From: Candidatus Woesearchaeota archaeon
GTDB lineage: Archaea > Nanobdellota > Nanobdellia > Woesearchaeales > WAPY01
Direction of reading: 5' to 3'
Assembly (NCBI GenBank): GCA_049700835.1
Contig: JBNAUL010000001.1
Coordinates: forward strand, 1 to 64,000
DNA length: 64,000 nt
Shown here: in pieces, positions 39,740 through 49,399 of the stretch
Layout of the letters: every line of letters begins with the position of its first letter
Numbering within the stretch: the stretch's first letter is position 1
Made by a program: the position numbers and the translations under genes
Notes under the pieces: model-generated
Databases searched by the model: none
Seen by the model: only the letters and a program-made list of their open reading frames with translations
What the model was told of the DNA's origin: nothing

Positions 39740-40231
39740 TTATTTATTGGATTTCTTGATTTTCTTTTCACTTACTCTTTCTCTTTTTTCTTCTTCAAAA
39801 CTTTCCTTGGCAACAATCTCAACATGTGCTCTTTTCATCCTTAACCCACGCCTTCTTCCATAGTGCGGAGGTATGTGTGCCCTCTTCACTGAAATGTGAA
39901 TTATCTTCAATTGAGATGTGTTGAGCCCTTTGTTTTGAGCATTTGCTTCAATCTGGTTCAGCAAATCAGTCAACCTTAAAGCTATTTTTACAGGATATCT
40001 TCCTGGCCCAACGCCTGTTTTGTGGGCTATTTCCCTGTTGTATCTCCCATAGTAAACAGGCATTCTCTTCTTAGCAACCTGCTCTAAAATTCTCTTTGCT
40101 TGCTGCAGATTCTTATTTTTTAGCAATCTGCAAACAGCAAGAGCGTTCTTATATGAAATGTCAGCAAATAAGAGGGCAGCTCTTGACATGTGCTCTTTGT
40201 CATAGTCCTTGAAAGTGTATTTATACGCCAT
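39740..40231 (-). CDS. rpl22: 50S ribosomal protein uL22
   Basis: IS.K, GRYPVK, NA..KGL, HVEI. Confidence 0.94.
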   Translation of the reverse strand: MAYKYTFKDYDKEHMSRAALLFADISYKNALAVCRLLKNKNLQQAKRILEQVAKKRMPVYYGRYNREIAHKTGVGPGRYPVKIALRLTDLLNQIEANAQNKGLNTSQLKIIHISVKRAHIPPHYGRRRGLRMKRAHVEIVAKESFEEEKRERVSEKKIKKSNK

Positions 40232-40232
40232 T

Positions 40233-40613
40233 TTATCTCACTGACAAAGCTGCGCTTGATTTTGTTGCTCCAATTCCAGGAGCGTGGTGCATAACTCTCT
40301 TTCTTGTCATTGAAAATTCTCCTAACCTATGCCCTATCATTTCAGGGGTTATCCTTACTGCCACAAACTCCTTTCCATTGTGAACTCTTATGGTCTTATC
40401 AACCATCATTGGAAGAATAACCATCTCTCTGCAATGAGTTTTGACATCACTTGACTTTTCAAGCTTTTTTAAAAGCTTCTTTTCTTCAATCGTTAGACCT
40501 CTATTCAGTTTTCTTCTTTCTCTTGATTTTAAAAGCGATGCTAATTCCTTTATACTCATGCTCTTCAATTCTTCCAATGTTTTTCCCCTAAACAAAAATT
40601 GTTTTTTTGCCAT
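40233..40613 (-). CDS. rps19: 30S ribosomal protein uS19
   Basis: KTHCREM.ILP.M, HNGKEF, EMIGHRLGEF..TRK. Confidence 0.96.
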   Translation of the reverse strand: MAKKQFLFRGKTLEELKSMSIKELASLLKSRERRKLNRGLTIEEKKLLKKLEKSSDVKTHCREMVILPMMVDKTIRVHNGKEFVAVRITPEMIGHRLGEFSMTRKRVMHHAPGIGATKSSAALSVR

Positions 40614-40624
40614 TTTGCTATTTT

Positions 40625-41347
40625 TTACCTCTTAGTCCTTCCTGTTCTTCTTGGCCTTAATTTTCCTACTTTTCTTCCTGGCGGAGCATTTTTAGGAGCA
40701 ATCGTAGGCCTGCCCTTGTGGGCTGAACTTGAACCTCCGAATGGGTGCTGAATAGCATTCATCGATGTTGCATGTATTCTTGGATATCTCTTGTTCCTTG
40801 CCTTCATGTAAAAGTATTTTATTCCTGCTTTTAGGAATGGTTTTTCTTTCCTTCCGAAACCTGCAACAGAGCCAATTGTTGCAAAACAATTCTCATCAAA
40901 AATTCTCTCCTTCTTTGAGGGAAGTAAAACTATAACCTTATTGTTCATCCTTCCAACAATTTTAGCAGACGTTCCTGAGGATCTAACAAGTTTTCCGCCA
41001 TCTCCTGGATTTGCTTCCAAATTGCAGATTACTGTTCCCTCTGGGATCTTGGATAAAGGCAGGACATTCCCTGGCTTTATTTCATCAGAATATCCTATGC
41101 TTACAAAATCCCCTGTTTTTAATCCTTCTACTGCAATTATTGCTGCTCTAAGCTTTTGCTGCTCTGATTCCAACTCAGCAATAGGTGCTGAATACGGTTG
41201 AGCTTTTATTATGTCTTTTATTCTGAATAAAAATGATTCTCCCTTCTTAACTTGCAGGTACTTTATTTTAGGATAATATCTAAAACTCGGAGCCCTGTAT
41301 GTTTGGCTCCCCTTTCCCCGTTTTTGCGAAATTAAGCTCTTTCCCAT
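40625..41347 (-). CDS. rpl2: 50S ribosomal protein uL2
   Basis: Q.RGKG, PGDGGKLVRSSG, MN...HPFGG, PPGRKVG. Confidence 0.96.
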   Translation of the reverse strand: MGKSLISQKRGKGSQTYRAPSFRYYPKIKYLQVKKGESFLFRIKDIIKAQPYSAPIAELESEQQKLRAAIIAVEGLKTGDFVSIGYSDEIKPGNVLPLSKIPEGTVICNLEANPGDGGKLVRSSGTSAKIVGRMNNKVIVLLPSKKERIFDENCFATIGSVAGFGRKEKPFLKAGIKYFYMKARNKRYPRIHATSMNAIQHPFGGSSSAHKGRPTIAPKNAPPGRKVGKLRPRRTGRTKR

Positions 41348-41356
41348 TTTTCACCT

Positions 41357-41617
41357 TTATGTCATTCCGAGCTGAGTTGCAATGTCAATCGCAGGCGTCT
41401 CTTTTGAAAACTTTACTTGGGCCTTTTTTATTCCTTTTATCGTTCTTATTATGTTTACCTTTTCAACCTTTGCTTTGAACAGGTTTTCAACTGCTTTTTT
41501 TATGTCCTGCTTTTTTGCATTGTTATCAACTACAAATATGAGTTCATTGTTTGATTCCATTAGCCTCAATGCCTTTTCAGTTACAATAGGATATTTTATT
41601 ATTGATTCCATTTTCAT
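41357..41617 (-). CDS. rpl23: 50S ribosomal protein uL23
   Basis: P.VTEKA, F.VD..A.K..IK.AVE.LF, KKA.V; TGATG overlap with rpl4. Confidence 0.95.
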   Translation of the reverse strand: MKMESIIKYPIVTEKALRLMESNNELIFVVDNNAKKQDIKKAVENLFKAKVEKVNIIRTIKGIKKAQVKFSKETPAIDIATQLGMT

Positions 41618-42420
41618 CACGCAAATAATTTTTCCTTTTCCATTGATTTTATTGCATCTTCTGTAAATAAAACCAATCTTCCAGGATTTGCTCCTGGTGC
41701 TAAAACCTCAACATTCAGTTTCTTTACAGGAACAACCTCGATGCCAAGATTCTTTGCTGATTTCTTAAGTTCACATTTTTCATCGTTGACAACTATCAAA
41801 AGTCCCCTCTTTCTCTTGTATTTTCTACCCCTTGTTTTTCCTTTTCCAGCCCTTATCTTTCTATTTTTCATTTTCTCAAGTTCTTCTTTGAATCCAATCC
41901 TTTCAAGCACTCTTTTTACTTCTGATGTCTTTTTGATTTTTTCAATTTCAGATGAGACTGCAAAAGGATAATCCTCTGGAATGCTGTATTTCTTTAATAC
42001 TAAATCTTTGTTCATAGATGCTGAGAGCGCGCTTCTTATTGCCTTTTTATTTTCCTTCTTGTTGAGTTTTTTTGTTAATAATTTCTCTGACTTTGGAGGA
42101 TGGGCTCTTCTTCCTGAAACAGTTCCTGGAGCAAAAGCCCCAACCCAAATAAATCTTGAACCCCTCCTTGCAAGGATTTTTCTTGGAACTCTTGAAATTC
42201 CATAACCATAAGATGTTCTGAAAACCCTTCTTCTCCTCATCAGTTTTGCTGAAGGTCTTTTTCCAGCGTCTTCAAAGCTCCCGTAGGGCTGCCTCTTTGA
42301 AGCAACAATTGCCAAAAATGCCTTTTTTATCAATTCACTTCTCACTGTTTCTGAAAACTGAAATGGCAATTCAATCGCCCTTATTTCCCTGTTTTCCAAA
42401 TCCTTTACTTTGATTTTCAT
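41617..42420 (-). CDS. rpl4: 50S ribosomal protein uL4
   Basis: SRVPR, GRRAHPPK, RAGKGK.RGR, LAPG..PGRL. Confidence 0.96.
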   Translation of the reverse strand: MKIKVKDLENREIRAIELPFQFSETVRSELIKKAFLAIVASKRQPYGSFEDAGKRPSAKLMRRRRVFRTSYGYGISRVPRKILARRGSRFIWVGAFAPGTVSGRRAHPPKSEKLLTKKLNKKENKKAIRSALSASMNKDLVLKKYSIPEDYPFAVSSEIEKIKKTSEVKRVLERIGFKEELEKMKNRKIRAGKGKTRGRKYKRKRGLLIVVNDEKCELKKSAKNLGIEVVPVKKLNVEVLAPGANPGRLVLFTEDAIKSMEKEKLFA

Positions 42421-42439
42421 TTTACTTTTAAATTGTTGA

Positions 42440-43411
42440 TTACATTACTAATTTTAAGAGGTTTAGTTGTTCCATTCTTTTTTTGTTTGCTCTTGTTGCT
42501 TTGATTATTCTTATTAACCTCTTCTTTGAGCCAGGCACTGAACCTTTGACCAATAAAACCTTGCTCTTAACTTGACCATAATTTTCAAAACCGGATTCTT
42601 TTTTGAATTCATTAGCAGGACTTATTTTTACAAGCAGTTTGTTGTATTCTGTTCTCTGATGAAAACCAAGCTGTCCTGCGTGAGCAACCCTGTATTGAAT
42701 GTGAACTTGAGCATTCCATGGTCCCAAGCTTCCAGGAGTTCTCTGCCCTTTCTGCGATTTGTGCTGAGTAAGGGCAATGCCAAATCTTTTCACAGCTCCT
42801 TGGAAACCCTTTCCCTTTGTTATTGCGTGAATATCAACGAGTTCTCCTTCTGAAAAAACATCCTCAATATTGATTTCCTTGTTAATTTTTTCTTTCAAAT
42901 AATTGAATTTCTCTTGGTTTGAACCTGATAGTTTAATCTCAAACAGCTCAGGAGTTTTTTTCTTGAGTCCTGAAAGATGAGGCAATGTGTAAACGATAGC
43001 AGTTATATCTGCATAAGCATTTAGGTTTTTCTCAAACTCCTCCAAACTTTTCTCTTTCTTGTTCTTTGGAATTTTTCTAAAAAGATGCTTGTCCTTCCCA
43101 ACAAAAACCTCGTCTGCAACAAATAAACCATTGCTTGAGTTCTTGTAAAACCTTACTGAAGCAATCTTTAACGGAGGGCATTCAATTATGGTTAAAGGAA
43201 TAACCTTTTCCTCATTTTTTGTCATTGATGTTGGAGTGTTGTCCAAAACAACTCCATGAATCATTCCTACTTTATAACCTGCAAACTCAACTGGTTTTGC
43301 TTCCTTTAACCCTGAAATATTTCTATACCTTACTCTAGCATAAATTCTCTTGGCCCTTTTTCTTGGCCAATACTGCATACTTCCTTTTCTTGGAAATCTT
43401 ATGTTTGCCAT
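42440..43411 (-). CDS. rpl3: 50S ribosomal protein uL3
   Basis: PRKGS..YWPRKRA, GYKVGM, TKGKGFQG..KRFG, GQLGFHQRTEYNK. Confidence 0.97.
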   Translation of the reverse strand: MANIRFPRKGSMQYWPRKRAKRIYARVRYRNISGLKEAKPVEFAGYKVGMIHGVVLDNTPTSMTKNEEKVIPLTIIECPPLKIASVRFYKNSSNGLFVADEVFVGKDKHLFRKIPKNKKEKSLEEFEKNLNAYADITAIVYTLPHLSGLKKKTPELFEIKLSGSNQEKFNYLKEKINKEINIEDVFSEGELVDIHAITKGKGFQGAVKRFGIALTQHKSQKGQRTPGSLGPWNAQVHIQYRVAHAGQLGFHQRTEYNKLLVKISPANEFKKESGFENYGQVKSKVLLVKGSVPGSKKRLIRIIKATRANKKRMEQLNLLKLVM

Positions 43412-43421
43412 TTTTAAACCT

Positions 43422-43570
43422 AAATCTGTTCAATTAATTCTATGCTACTTGCCTGCAAAAAAACCTTTCAACGGGCGCTTCCAAGAATTATCTAACGAAA
43501 GCATTCCCTTATCAGGTTTTTATTTTGCGTTTGTTTGTCCGGAATCAAGCGATGTTACCGAACAGATTTT
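43422..43570 (-). ncRNA. Candidate structured 5' leader RNA of the rpl3 (S10/spc) operon
   Basis: 13-bp closing helix AAAUCUGUUCGGU/AUUGAACAGAUUU (two G-U pairs, valid on the minus strand) enclosing nested helices; begins ~25 nt after a TATA box. Confidence 0.55.
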
Positions 43571-43593
43571 ATGAAATTATGGGGGTTTTGAGG

Positions 43594-43610
43594 TATTTAT
43601 AAAGCTTTCT
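43594..43610 (-). promoter_or_regulatory. Archaeal BRE-TATA promoter of ribosomal protein operon
   Basis: Minus strand reads AGAAAGC-TTTATAAATA. Confidence 0.6.
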
Positions 43611-43859
43611 ATTTTGGGTTCTGTTGAATTATTTTGGCAAATCTGATTTAAATGCAAATTTTTTAAAATAAGAAAAATAAATCAATGGCTTATCTATTTT
43701 TTATATTAATTTTAGTAATTCTAAAATTCTGCAAATTCTAAAAATGACTTAAATGCCTTTATATGGGCTTAAATTTTTATAGAAAGCTTCTTGACAGCAC
43801 ATTTTGCAGAATCAAAAGAATCAAAAGATTTTAATTAGGGCAAAAAATATCTGCTGATT

Positions 43860-45047
43860 ATGAGGGTTTTTTTAAAAACAGCTCCTGGGCTGGAAAGCAT
43901 AAGTTGTTTGGAAGCCTTTGAACTCGTTGGAAAGAAATTTGAAATTAATGATGGAATCATAACTTCAGATTGCGCTTTCATGGATTTTCTGAAATTGCTT
44001 TTTTACTCAAGGAGTGCAGAAAGGGTTGGGTTAATTGTTGCAGAATTAAAAATCAATAATCTCGTAGAGGGAGAAAAGAATGAGAAGAATAGTAAAGAGG
44101 ACGCTGCTTATGGTAAAATAAGAGAAGTGATTTTCTATAAAGACAAAACCATCGAAAAGATCCTTAATTTTTTAAGAAATTCAAAATCATTTTTCAAGAC
44201 AGAAACGTGTGAGTGTTTTAAAAGAGAGAGCAAAAAAGAGTTCAGAGAATTGCTTAGAAAGGATGTTTCAAATCTTATGATTAACAAAGGCTTTTTGCAG
44301 AATTTAAAGAAACCTGATTTCTATTTCTTTTTATTCAAAATAAAAAATGTTGTGTTGCTTGGGATTGATTTTGGAGAAGTTCATAGGAGAAAATACTCTG
44401 TTTTCAACAATCCTCAAAGCATAAGACACAACATAATCTATTCAGCATTAAGAATTGCTGGTTTTTCAACTAATTTTAAAGGAACTATCATCGATCTTAC
44501 AAGCAAAAGCGATTTTTTGATAGAAGCAATTCTTTATTATAGCAACTCTAAAAACGAGGTAAAGAACATTAACAACAGATTGATTTCTGATTTGGGCAAA
44601 GAAATTGTAGGTAAAGATTTTGAGCATTTCTGCAAAGAAGAAAAAGAGGATAAAAAAGATGAAGATAAAGAAGATAAATACAGCGCAAGCAAAAATAAAA
44701 AAACGAATTTTGTTGCATACAGCAAATACAGGCAGAATTTGAGCGTTTTAAGAAAAAATTCTTTGGTTGCAAATGTTAAAGAAATACTCTTTACAGAAGA
44801 GCATGAAAAAGTTGCTGAGTTTTTAAGCAGCAGCGAAAAAAATATAGTCATTGCTCAGGTAAAGAACTATAAAGAACTCAATGAGCTTAAGGGCTTTTTT
44901 GAATTGCTAAAAAATTCTATCTTAATTATTATATCCAACAATGAGCTTGATTTAAATATTCTTAAAACAGAAAGAACAAAGTATGAAAAACAAAAAATAT
45001 TTCAAGGATTAAACTCATTGTTTTTGCATAAGATTTGTTTTGATTAA
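43860..45047 (+). CDS. THUMP/Trm14-RlmL-like RNA methyltransferase homolog, degenerate catalytic motifs
   Basis: T.PGLE....E N-terminus, LLGIDF..VHRRKYSVFNNPQSI, IEA; no DPMCGSGT or NPPY motif. Confidence 0.6.
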   Translation: MRVFLKTAPGLESISCLEAFELVGKKFEINDGIITSDCAFMDFLKLLFYSRSAERVGLIVAELKINNLVEGEKNEKNSKEDAAYGKIREVIFYKDKTIEKILNFLRNSKSFFKTETCECFKRESKKEFRELLRKDVSNLMINKGFLQNLKKPDFYFFLFKIKNVVLLGIDFGEVHRRKYSVFNNPQSIRHNIIYSALRIAGFSTNFKGTIIDLTSKSDFLIEAILYYSNSKNEVKNINNRLISDLGKEIVGKDFEHFCKEEKEDKKDEDKEDKYSASKNKKTNFVAYSKYRQNLSVLRKNSLVANVKEILFTEEHEKVAEFLSSSEKNIVIAQVKNYKELNELKGFFELLKNSILIIISNNELDLNILKTERTKYEKQKIFQGLNSLFLHKICFD

Positions 45048-45127
45048 AAATTTTTGTTAAAGCAAAATGAAATTAAAATCCTTAAAATTTAAAAAGCATT
45101 ACAATTTAACATTCAGATATATTCAAA

Positions 45128-46630
45128 ATGAAATTCGCAAATTTTGGAAAGCATGGAAAAAAATTCAAAAGAAATTTAATTTCATTCCTTTTTCTAGCAG
45201 CGCTCTTTGTATGCTCTCTCTTTTTAAGGATTTATTTTGCAAGATCAATATACTTTCCTGACGATGGTTCTTATTTCCATCTCAGGCAGATAGCTTATAT
45301 AAGCAAAAAGTTCTTTCCTTTTTTTTACGATGAATTAAGCTATTCAGGAAGAATGGTTGTTATTCTGCCTGTTTTTGATTACATAATGGCTATGCTAAAC
45401 AAGTTTATTCCTGAAAAAATAAATTATTTTTATACAACAAAAATAATTTCATCTCTAATATGCGTAGTTGTTTTTTTAATAACCAAAAGCTTTTTTAGGA
45501 ATAACTCTGCAGCGCTCTTTTCAGCTACAGGAGTTTGTTTTTTGCCTTTGCTTTTTGGAGAAACTCTGCATTCAGCAACTCCGCTCTCATTTACAATAAT
45601 ACTTATGCTGCTGCTTACATACTCTTTTATAAGAATTAAGAAGAGAGAGAGCCTGCTTCCCTACATAGCGTTCTTTTTAAGCGCTCTCTTTACTTCCACT
45701 CTTACTCTTGTTTTCATAGTTGGAATTTGGATATTTTTAATCTTTTCCTACACTGAAAATCTTGAAAACAAGAACAGATATTTTGAACTCGGTGTTTTCT
45801 CAACATCATTAGCAATATGGACTTATTTGATTGTATTTAAAGAGGCGTTAAGTATTAACGGTGCTGCTGTGTTCTGGCAAGGAATGCCTGAGCTGTTTGC
45901 CAGGAATGCTCTTTCAAGTTTAAACATTAGAATAATAACTTATTCAATCGGTTCTGTCTCTTTTTTAGCAGGGCTTTACATAATCACTAAATACTTATTC
46001 AAGAAGAAGAATGACTTCTTCTACATTGCATTCAGCATTGTTTTGGCAAGCATTTTGCTGATTTTTTTAAACCTAATATCTGTAAAGAACGGCCTGATAA
46101 TAATAGGCATAAACATAAGCATGCTCTCAGGATTTTTTGTCCTTGAATTCCAAGAGTTTATCAAAAAGACAAATTTTGCAAAACTTAAAAATTTCATGCT
46201 TTTTTTTATTTTTGGGGTTTTGATTCTAAACAATATTTTGCTGTGCATTAGTTACTCAAATGAAAACATAAAAAACTTTCCAGGCAGAGAAGAGGTAATG
46301 GCCATGGAATACCTAAAGGAAAACAGCGAAAAGGATTCAGCAGTGCTTTCCAAGATAAAATATGGAAATTTGATAACTTATTATGCTAAAAGAAAGAATG
46401 TGATTGACAACAATTTCCTGCTTGTTAATGATGCGCAGACAAGATACTACGATGTTGAAAGGTTCTACAAAACAATCTATGCTGTTGATGCAATAAAGAT
46501 AATGAACAAGTACAATGCAAAATACTTTATAGTTGACAACGAAATACCAAAATACCTGAATGATGAGGAGTGTTTCAAATTGATTTACAACAATACAATC
46601 AAGGTATACAAACTTTCTTGCACAGTTTAG
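45128..46630 (+). CDS. GT-C/STT3-like polytopic membrane protein
   Basis: D.SYFHLRQ, YDELSYSGR, ~12 TM segments; C-terminal VLS...YG..ITYYA.RK and KY.AKY domain. Confidence 0.65.
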   Translation: MKFANFGKHGKKFKRNLISFLFLAALFVCSLFLRIYFARSIYFPDDGSYFHLRQIAYISKKFFPFFYDELSYSGRMVVILPVFDYIMAMLNKFIPEKINYFYTTKIISSLICVVVFLITKSFFRNNSAALFSATGVCFLPLLFGETLHSATPLSFTIILMLLLTYSFIRIKKRESLLPYIAFFLSALFTSTLTLVFIVGIWIFLIFSYTENLENKNRYFELGVFSTSLAIWTYLIVFKEALSINGAAVFWQGMPELFARNALSSLNIRIITYSIGSVSFLAGLYIITKYLFKKKNDFFYIAFSIVLASILLIFLNLISVKNGLIIIGINISMLSGFFVLEFQEFIKKTNFAKLKNFMLFFIFGVLILNNILLCISYSNENIKNFPGREEVMAMEYLKENSEKDSAVLSKIKYGNLITYYAKRKNVIDNNFLLVNDAQTRYYDVERFYKTIYAVDAIKIMNKYNAKYFIVDNEIPKYLNDEECFKLIYNNTIKVYKLSCTV

Positions 46631-46638
46631 GTGGTCTC

Positions 46639-48060
46639 ATGAGCATAAAAAAGTTTTTAAAAAAACAAAGAAATTTTTTTATCATGCTGTGCACAGCAGC
46701 AGTATTCTTATTCTTTCCAGGACTAATCAGAGTGCTTTTTTATGAAAATATTTCTGGAGGAACAACAAACTATAAGGATATAATGCTTGCTTCAAGAATT
46801 TTTTCAGGAGATTTTTCAAACTATGCCATAGAAAAATCAGCATTAATAAATCCATACTATATTTTTCTGAATTTCCTTCTGAGGTTTCTAAATCCGCTCT
46901 TTTTAATGAACTTTTTATCCCCAATTTTTGGATTTCTGTTTATAATAGTTTTGCATGCTCTCCTAAAAAGAGTTGGGGTTGAGAAAGAGAGTTTGTTTGC
47001 AGCAATGCTCATGCTAATTCTTTCAGCGCCTTTCATCTACAATTTTACAATCATCAATGAAAACTCTTTTGTTCTGTTTTTTTTGGCTTTAGGAATGCTC
47101 TTGTTCCTTGCAGAAAACAAGATAAGTTCTGTGTTAGGACTCTTGATTCTTATAATAATCTCTTTTGGCAACCTAATAGCTTCAATAGTAAGCTATTCCT
47201 TGCTCATTCTTTTTTTGATACACCGCTCTTCAATTTTCGCCTACAGAACAGAAAAGAGAAAAAGAATAATCTTTACGATAAGTTCAATATTCTTAATTTT
47301 AATGCTATTAAACATTTATCTAACTAAATGGAATATTATAAATGAAAACAAGGGAATTTTAACATACTTTTCAGAGATAACAATGTCAAATGGGTTCAAC
47401 ACCATAATACTGATTTTGGCATTGATAGGTTTTTTAACAATAGGCAATGAGAGAAAACTGCTAAAAAATGTTTTTTGGATTGCGCTTTTGCTCTTCATTG
47501 TCTTTGGTTCAAACTTTATAGTTTATGCAAACATAGTTTTCTGCATTTCCGCAGCGTACGGGTTTGTTTGGGTTACAGAGAGAAAGTGGGAGTTAAAAAA
47601 ACTGAAGTATTGGAGCATTCTTCTGATCGTATGCGGAATATTCTTTATTGCGATGAGTATCGACCTTAAAATTGCAAATCAGAGGCCTGACTCGAGCGAT
47701 ATTGATGCTTTAAACGCATTAAAGGAACTAAAAGAAGGATTTGTTCTTTCTCATCAGAATTATGGATTTTGGATTGAATATTTCTCCAACAAAAAATCCT
47801 TCATAAACAATTTAAATATAAATCTAATTAAGGATGAGGCATCTCTGCTCTTTTACAGTTACAACCTTTCCCTATCATACAATTTAATAAAAGAATACAA
47901 TATAAGGTATGTGTTCATAACCCCTGAAATGAAAACAGGTCTGGTTTGGAATAAGGATGACGAAGGGCTCTTGTTCTTGATGAAAAACAGCAACAGATTC
48001 AAGAATTTGTATAAAAAAAACAATTACGAAATTTGGGAGGTTTTGGATGAACAGGGTTGA
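46639..48060 (+). CDS. GT-C/STT3-like polytopic membrane protein (paralog of upstream gene)
   Basis: AGGTGG RBS before ATG 46639; many TM segments; C-terminal VLSH..YGFWIEYFS.KK and YNIRYVFI. Confidence 0.65.
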   Translation: MSIKKFLKKQRNFFIMLCTAAVFLFFPGLIRVLFYENISGGTTNYKDIMLASRIFSGDFSNYAIEKSALINPYYIFLNFLLRFLNPLFLMNFLSPIFGFLFIIVLHALLKRVGVEKESLFAAMLMLILSAPFIYNFTIINENSFVLFFLALGMLLFLAENKISSVLGLLILIIISFGNLIASIVSYSLLILFLIHRSSIFAYRTEKRKRIIFTISSIFLILMLLNIYLTKWNIINENKGILTYFSEITMSNGFNTIILILALIGFLTIGNERKLLKNVFWIALLLFIVFGSNFIVYANIVFCISAAYGFVWVTERKWELKKLKYWSILLIVCGIFFIAMSIDLKIANQRPDSSDIDALNALKELKEGFVLSHQNYGFWIEYFSNKKSFINNLNINLIKDEASLLFYSYNLSLSYNLIKEYNIRYVFITPEMKTGLVWNKDDEGLLFLMKNSNRFKNLYKKNNYEIWEVLDEQG

Positions 48061-49318
48061 TTTGCTTGTTTGGATTGTGTACTTTATTTCGCTCTACATT
48101 GCTGTATTTTGGCTTTTGAATGCGCTTGAAATAAAGAAATCAAAGAGAAGAATTAAAATAAGAAACTGGCCTTCTGTGTCAATAATAATCCCTGCATACA
48201 ACGAGGAAAAACACATAAGCAACTGCATAAACTCTGTTCTCAATCTTGATTATGACAAGAATAAGATTAAGATCATAGTTGTCAACGATGGTTCAAAGGA
48301 CAGAACAAGGGATGTAGTTGAGGAAATAATACGCAAGAAAAAGAATAGAGATATAATTCTAATAAACCAAAAAAACTCTGGAAAGGCAAAATCCTTAAAC
48401 AAAGCTCTTAAAATCGTGAAAACAAAATTCTTTGCATGCTTGGATGCTGATTCTGTTGTAAGCAGAGAATCTTTAAAGAGAATAATAAAAACATTCTTTG
48501 AGCATGATGAAAATTTGGCAATAGTTACTCCTGCAATGAAGATTAGAAACCCAAAAAACATGCTGCAAAAATTGCAATATGTTGAATATAACATTTCAAT
48601 GCTTCTGCACAGGTTAATGTCAAACCTGAATTCAATATATGTTGCTCCTGGACCATTCAGCTTCTATAAAACAGATGTTGTTAAAAGATTAGGAGGGTTT
48701 GACAGCACAACACTGGCAGAAGACCAAGAGATTGCATACAGAATGCAAAAGAATTTTTATGACATAAAGCAGAGCCCAAATGCCTTTGTTTATACAACAC
48801 CTCCTGACAATTTTAAGGCGCTTTATAGGCAGAGGAGAAGATGGTACATTGGGGGTTTCAGCAACATAATAAAGTATAGAGAATTGTTCCTCAATCCAAA
48901 ATACGGACATTTTGGAATCGTTCAAATGCCTTTCAACCTTTTAAACTTTATAATGGCATTTATAGGGGTTTTTTTAATATTTTACTACATATTCCTCCCT
49001 GTTTTAAGATTTCTAAGAAACATTTTTATAATAAGGTTTGATGTTTATCCATACTTAAAAACATTTTTCAGCCAAAAACTTAAACTCTCATTGACCCTTA
49101 TAGATCTCAATGCTTTTAGAACAATGATTATTATAGTCCTGCTTGCAATAAGTTTGGCAATGCTCTTCTTTGCTTTCAAAAATGCCAATGAAAAAATAAA
49201 GAGCAAAAGCATGGTGTTGCTGCTTGTGCTGTACTTCTTTGTTTATTATGCTGTTTTAAGCTTTGTATGCGTTATCTCAATTTTAGAATTACTTATTCTT
49301 AGAAAGAGCAGATGGTGA
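48047..49318 (+). CDS. Processive GT2 glycosyltransferase (cellulose/poly-GlcNAc synthase-like)
   Basis: IPAYNEE, DGSKD, GKA..LN, DADS, AED, QRRRW; N- and C-terminal TM segments. Confidence 0.9.
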   Translation: MNRVDLLVWIVYFISLYIAVFWLLNALEIKKSKRRIKIRNWPSVSIIIPAYNEEKHISNCINSVLNLDYDKNKIKIIVVNDGSKDRTRDVVEEIIRKKKNRDIILINQKNSGKAKSLNKALKIVKTKFFACLDADSVVSRESLKRIIKTFFEHDENLAIVTPAMKIRNPKNMLQKLQYVEYNISMLLHRLMSNLNSIYVAPGPFSFYKTDVVKRLGGFDSTTLAEDQEIAYRMQKNFYDIKQSPNAFVYTTPPDNFKALYRQRRRWYIGGFSNIIKYRELFLNPKYGHFGIVQMPFNLLNFIMAFIGVFLIFYYIFLPVLRFLRNIFIIRFDVYPYLKTFFSQKLKLSLTLIDLNAFRTMIIIVLLAISLAMLFFAFKNANEKIKSKSMVLLLVLYFFVYYAVLSFVCVISILELLILRKSRW

Positions 49319-49399
49319 TAACAGATAGTGATAAAGGTAATTTAGAACAGTTATGAAAAATACAAAAAATTTAAAAGCGGTTAAATCAGCACTCCCTAA

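Noticed and set aside
43422..43570. Leader as hammerhead ribozyme, 5S rRNA, SRP RNA or RNase P RNA
   Set aside because: CUGAUAA deviates from the CUGANGA core, and the conserved SRP helix-8, RNase P P4 and 5S motifs were not found.
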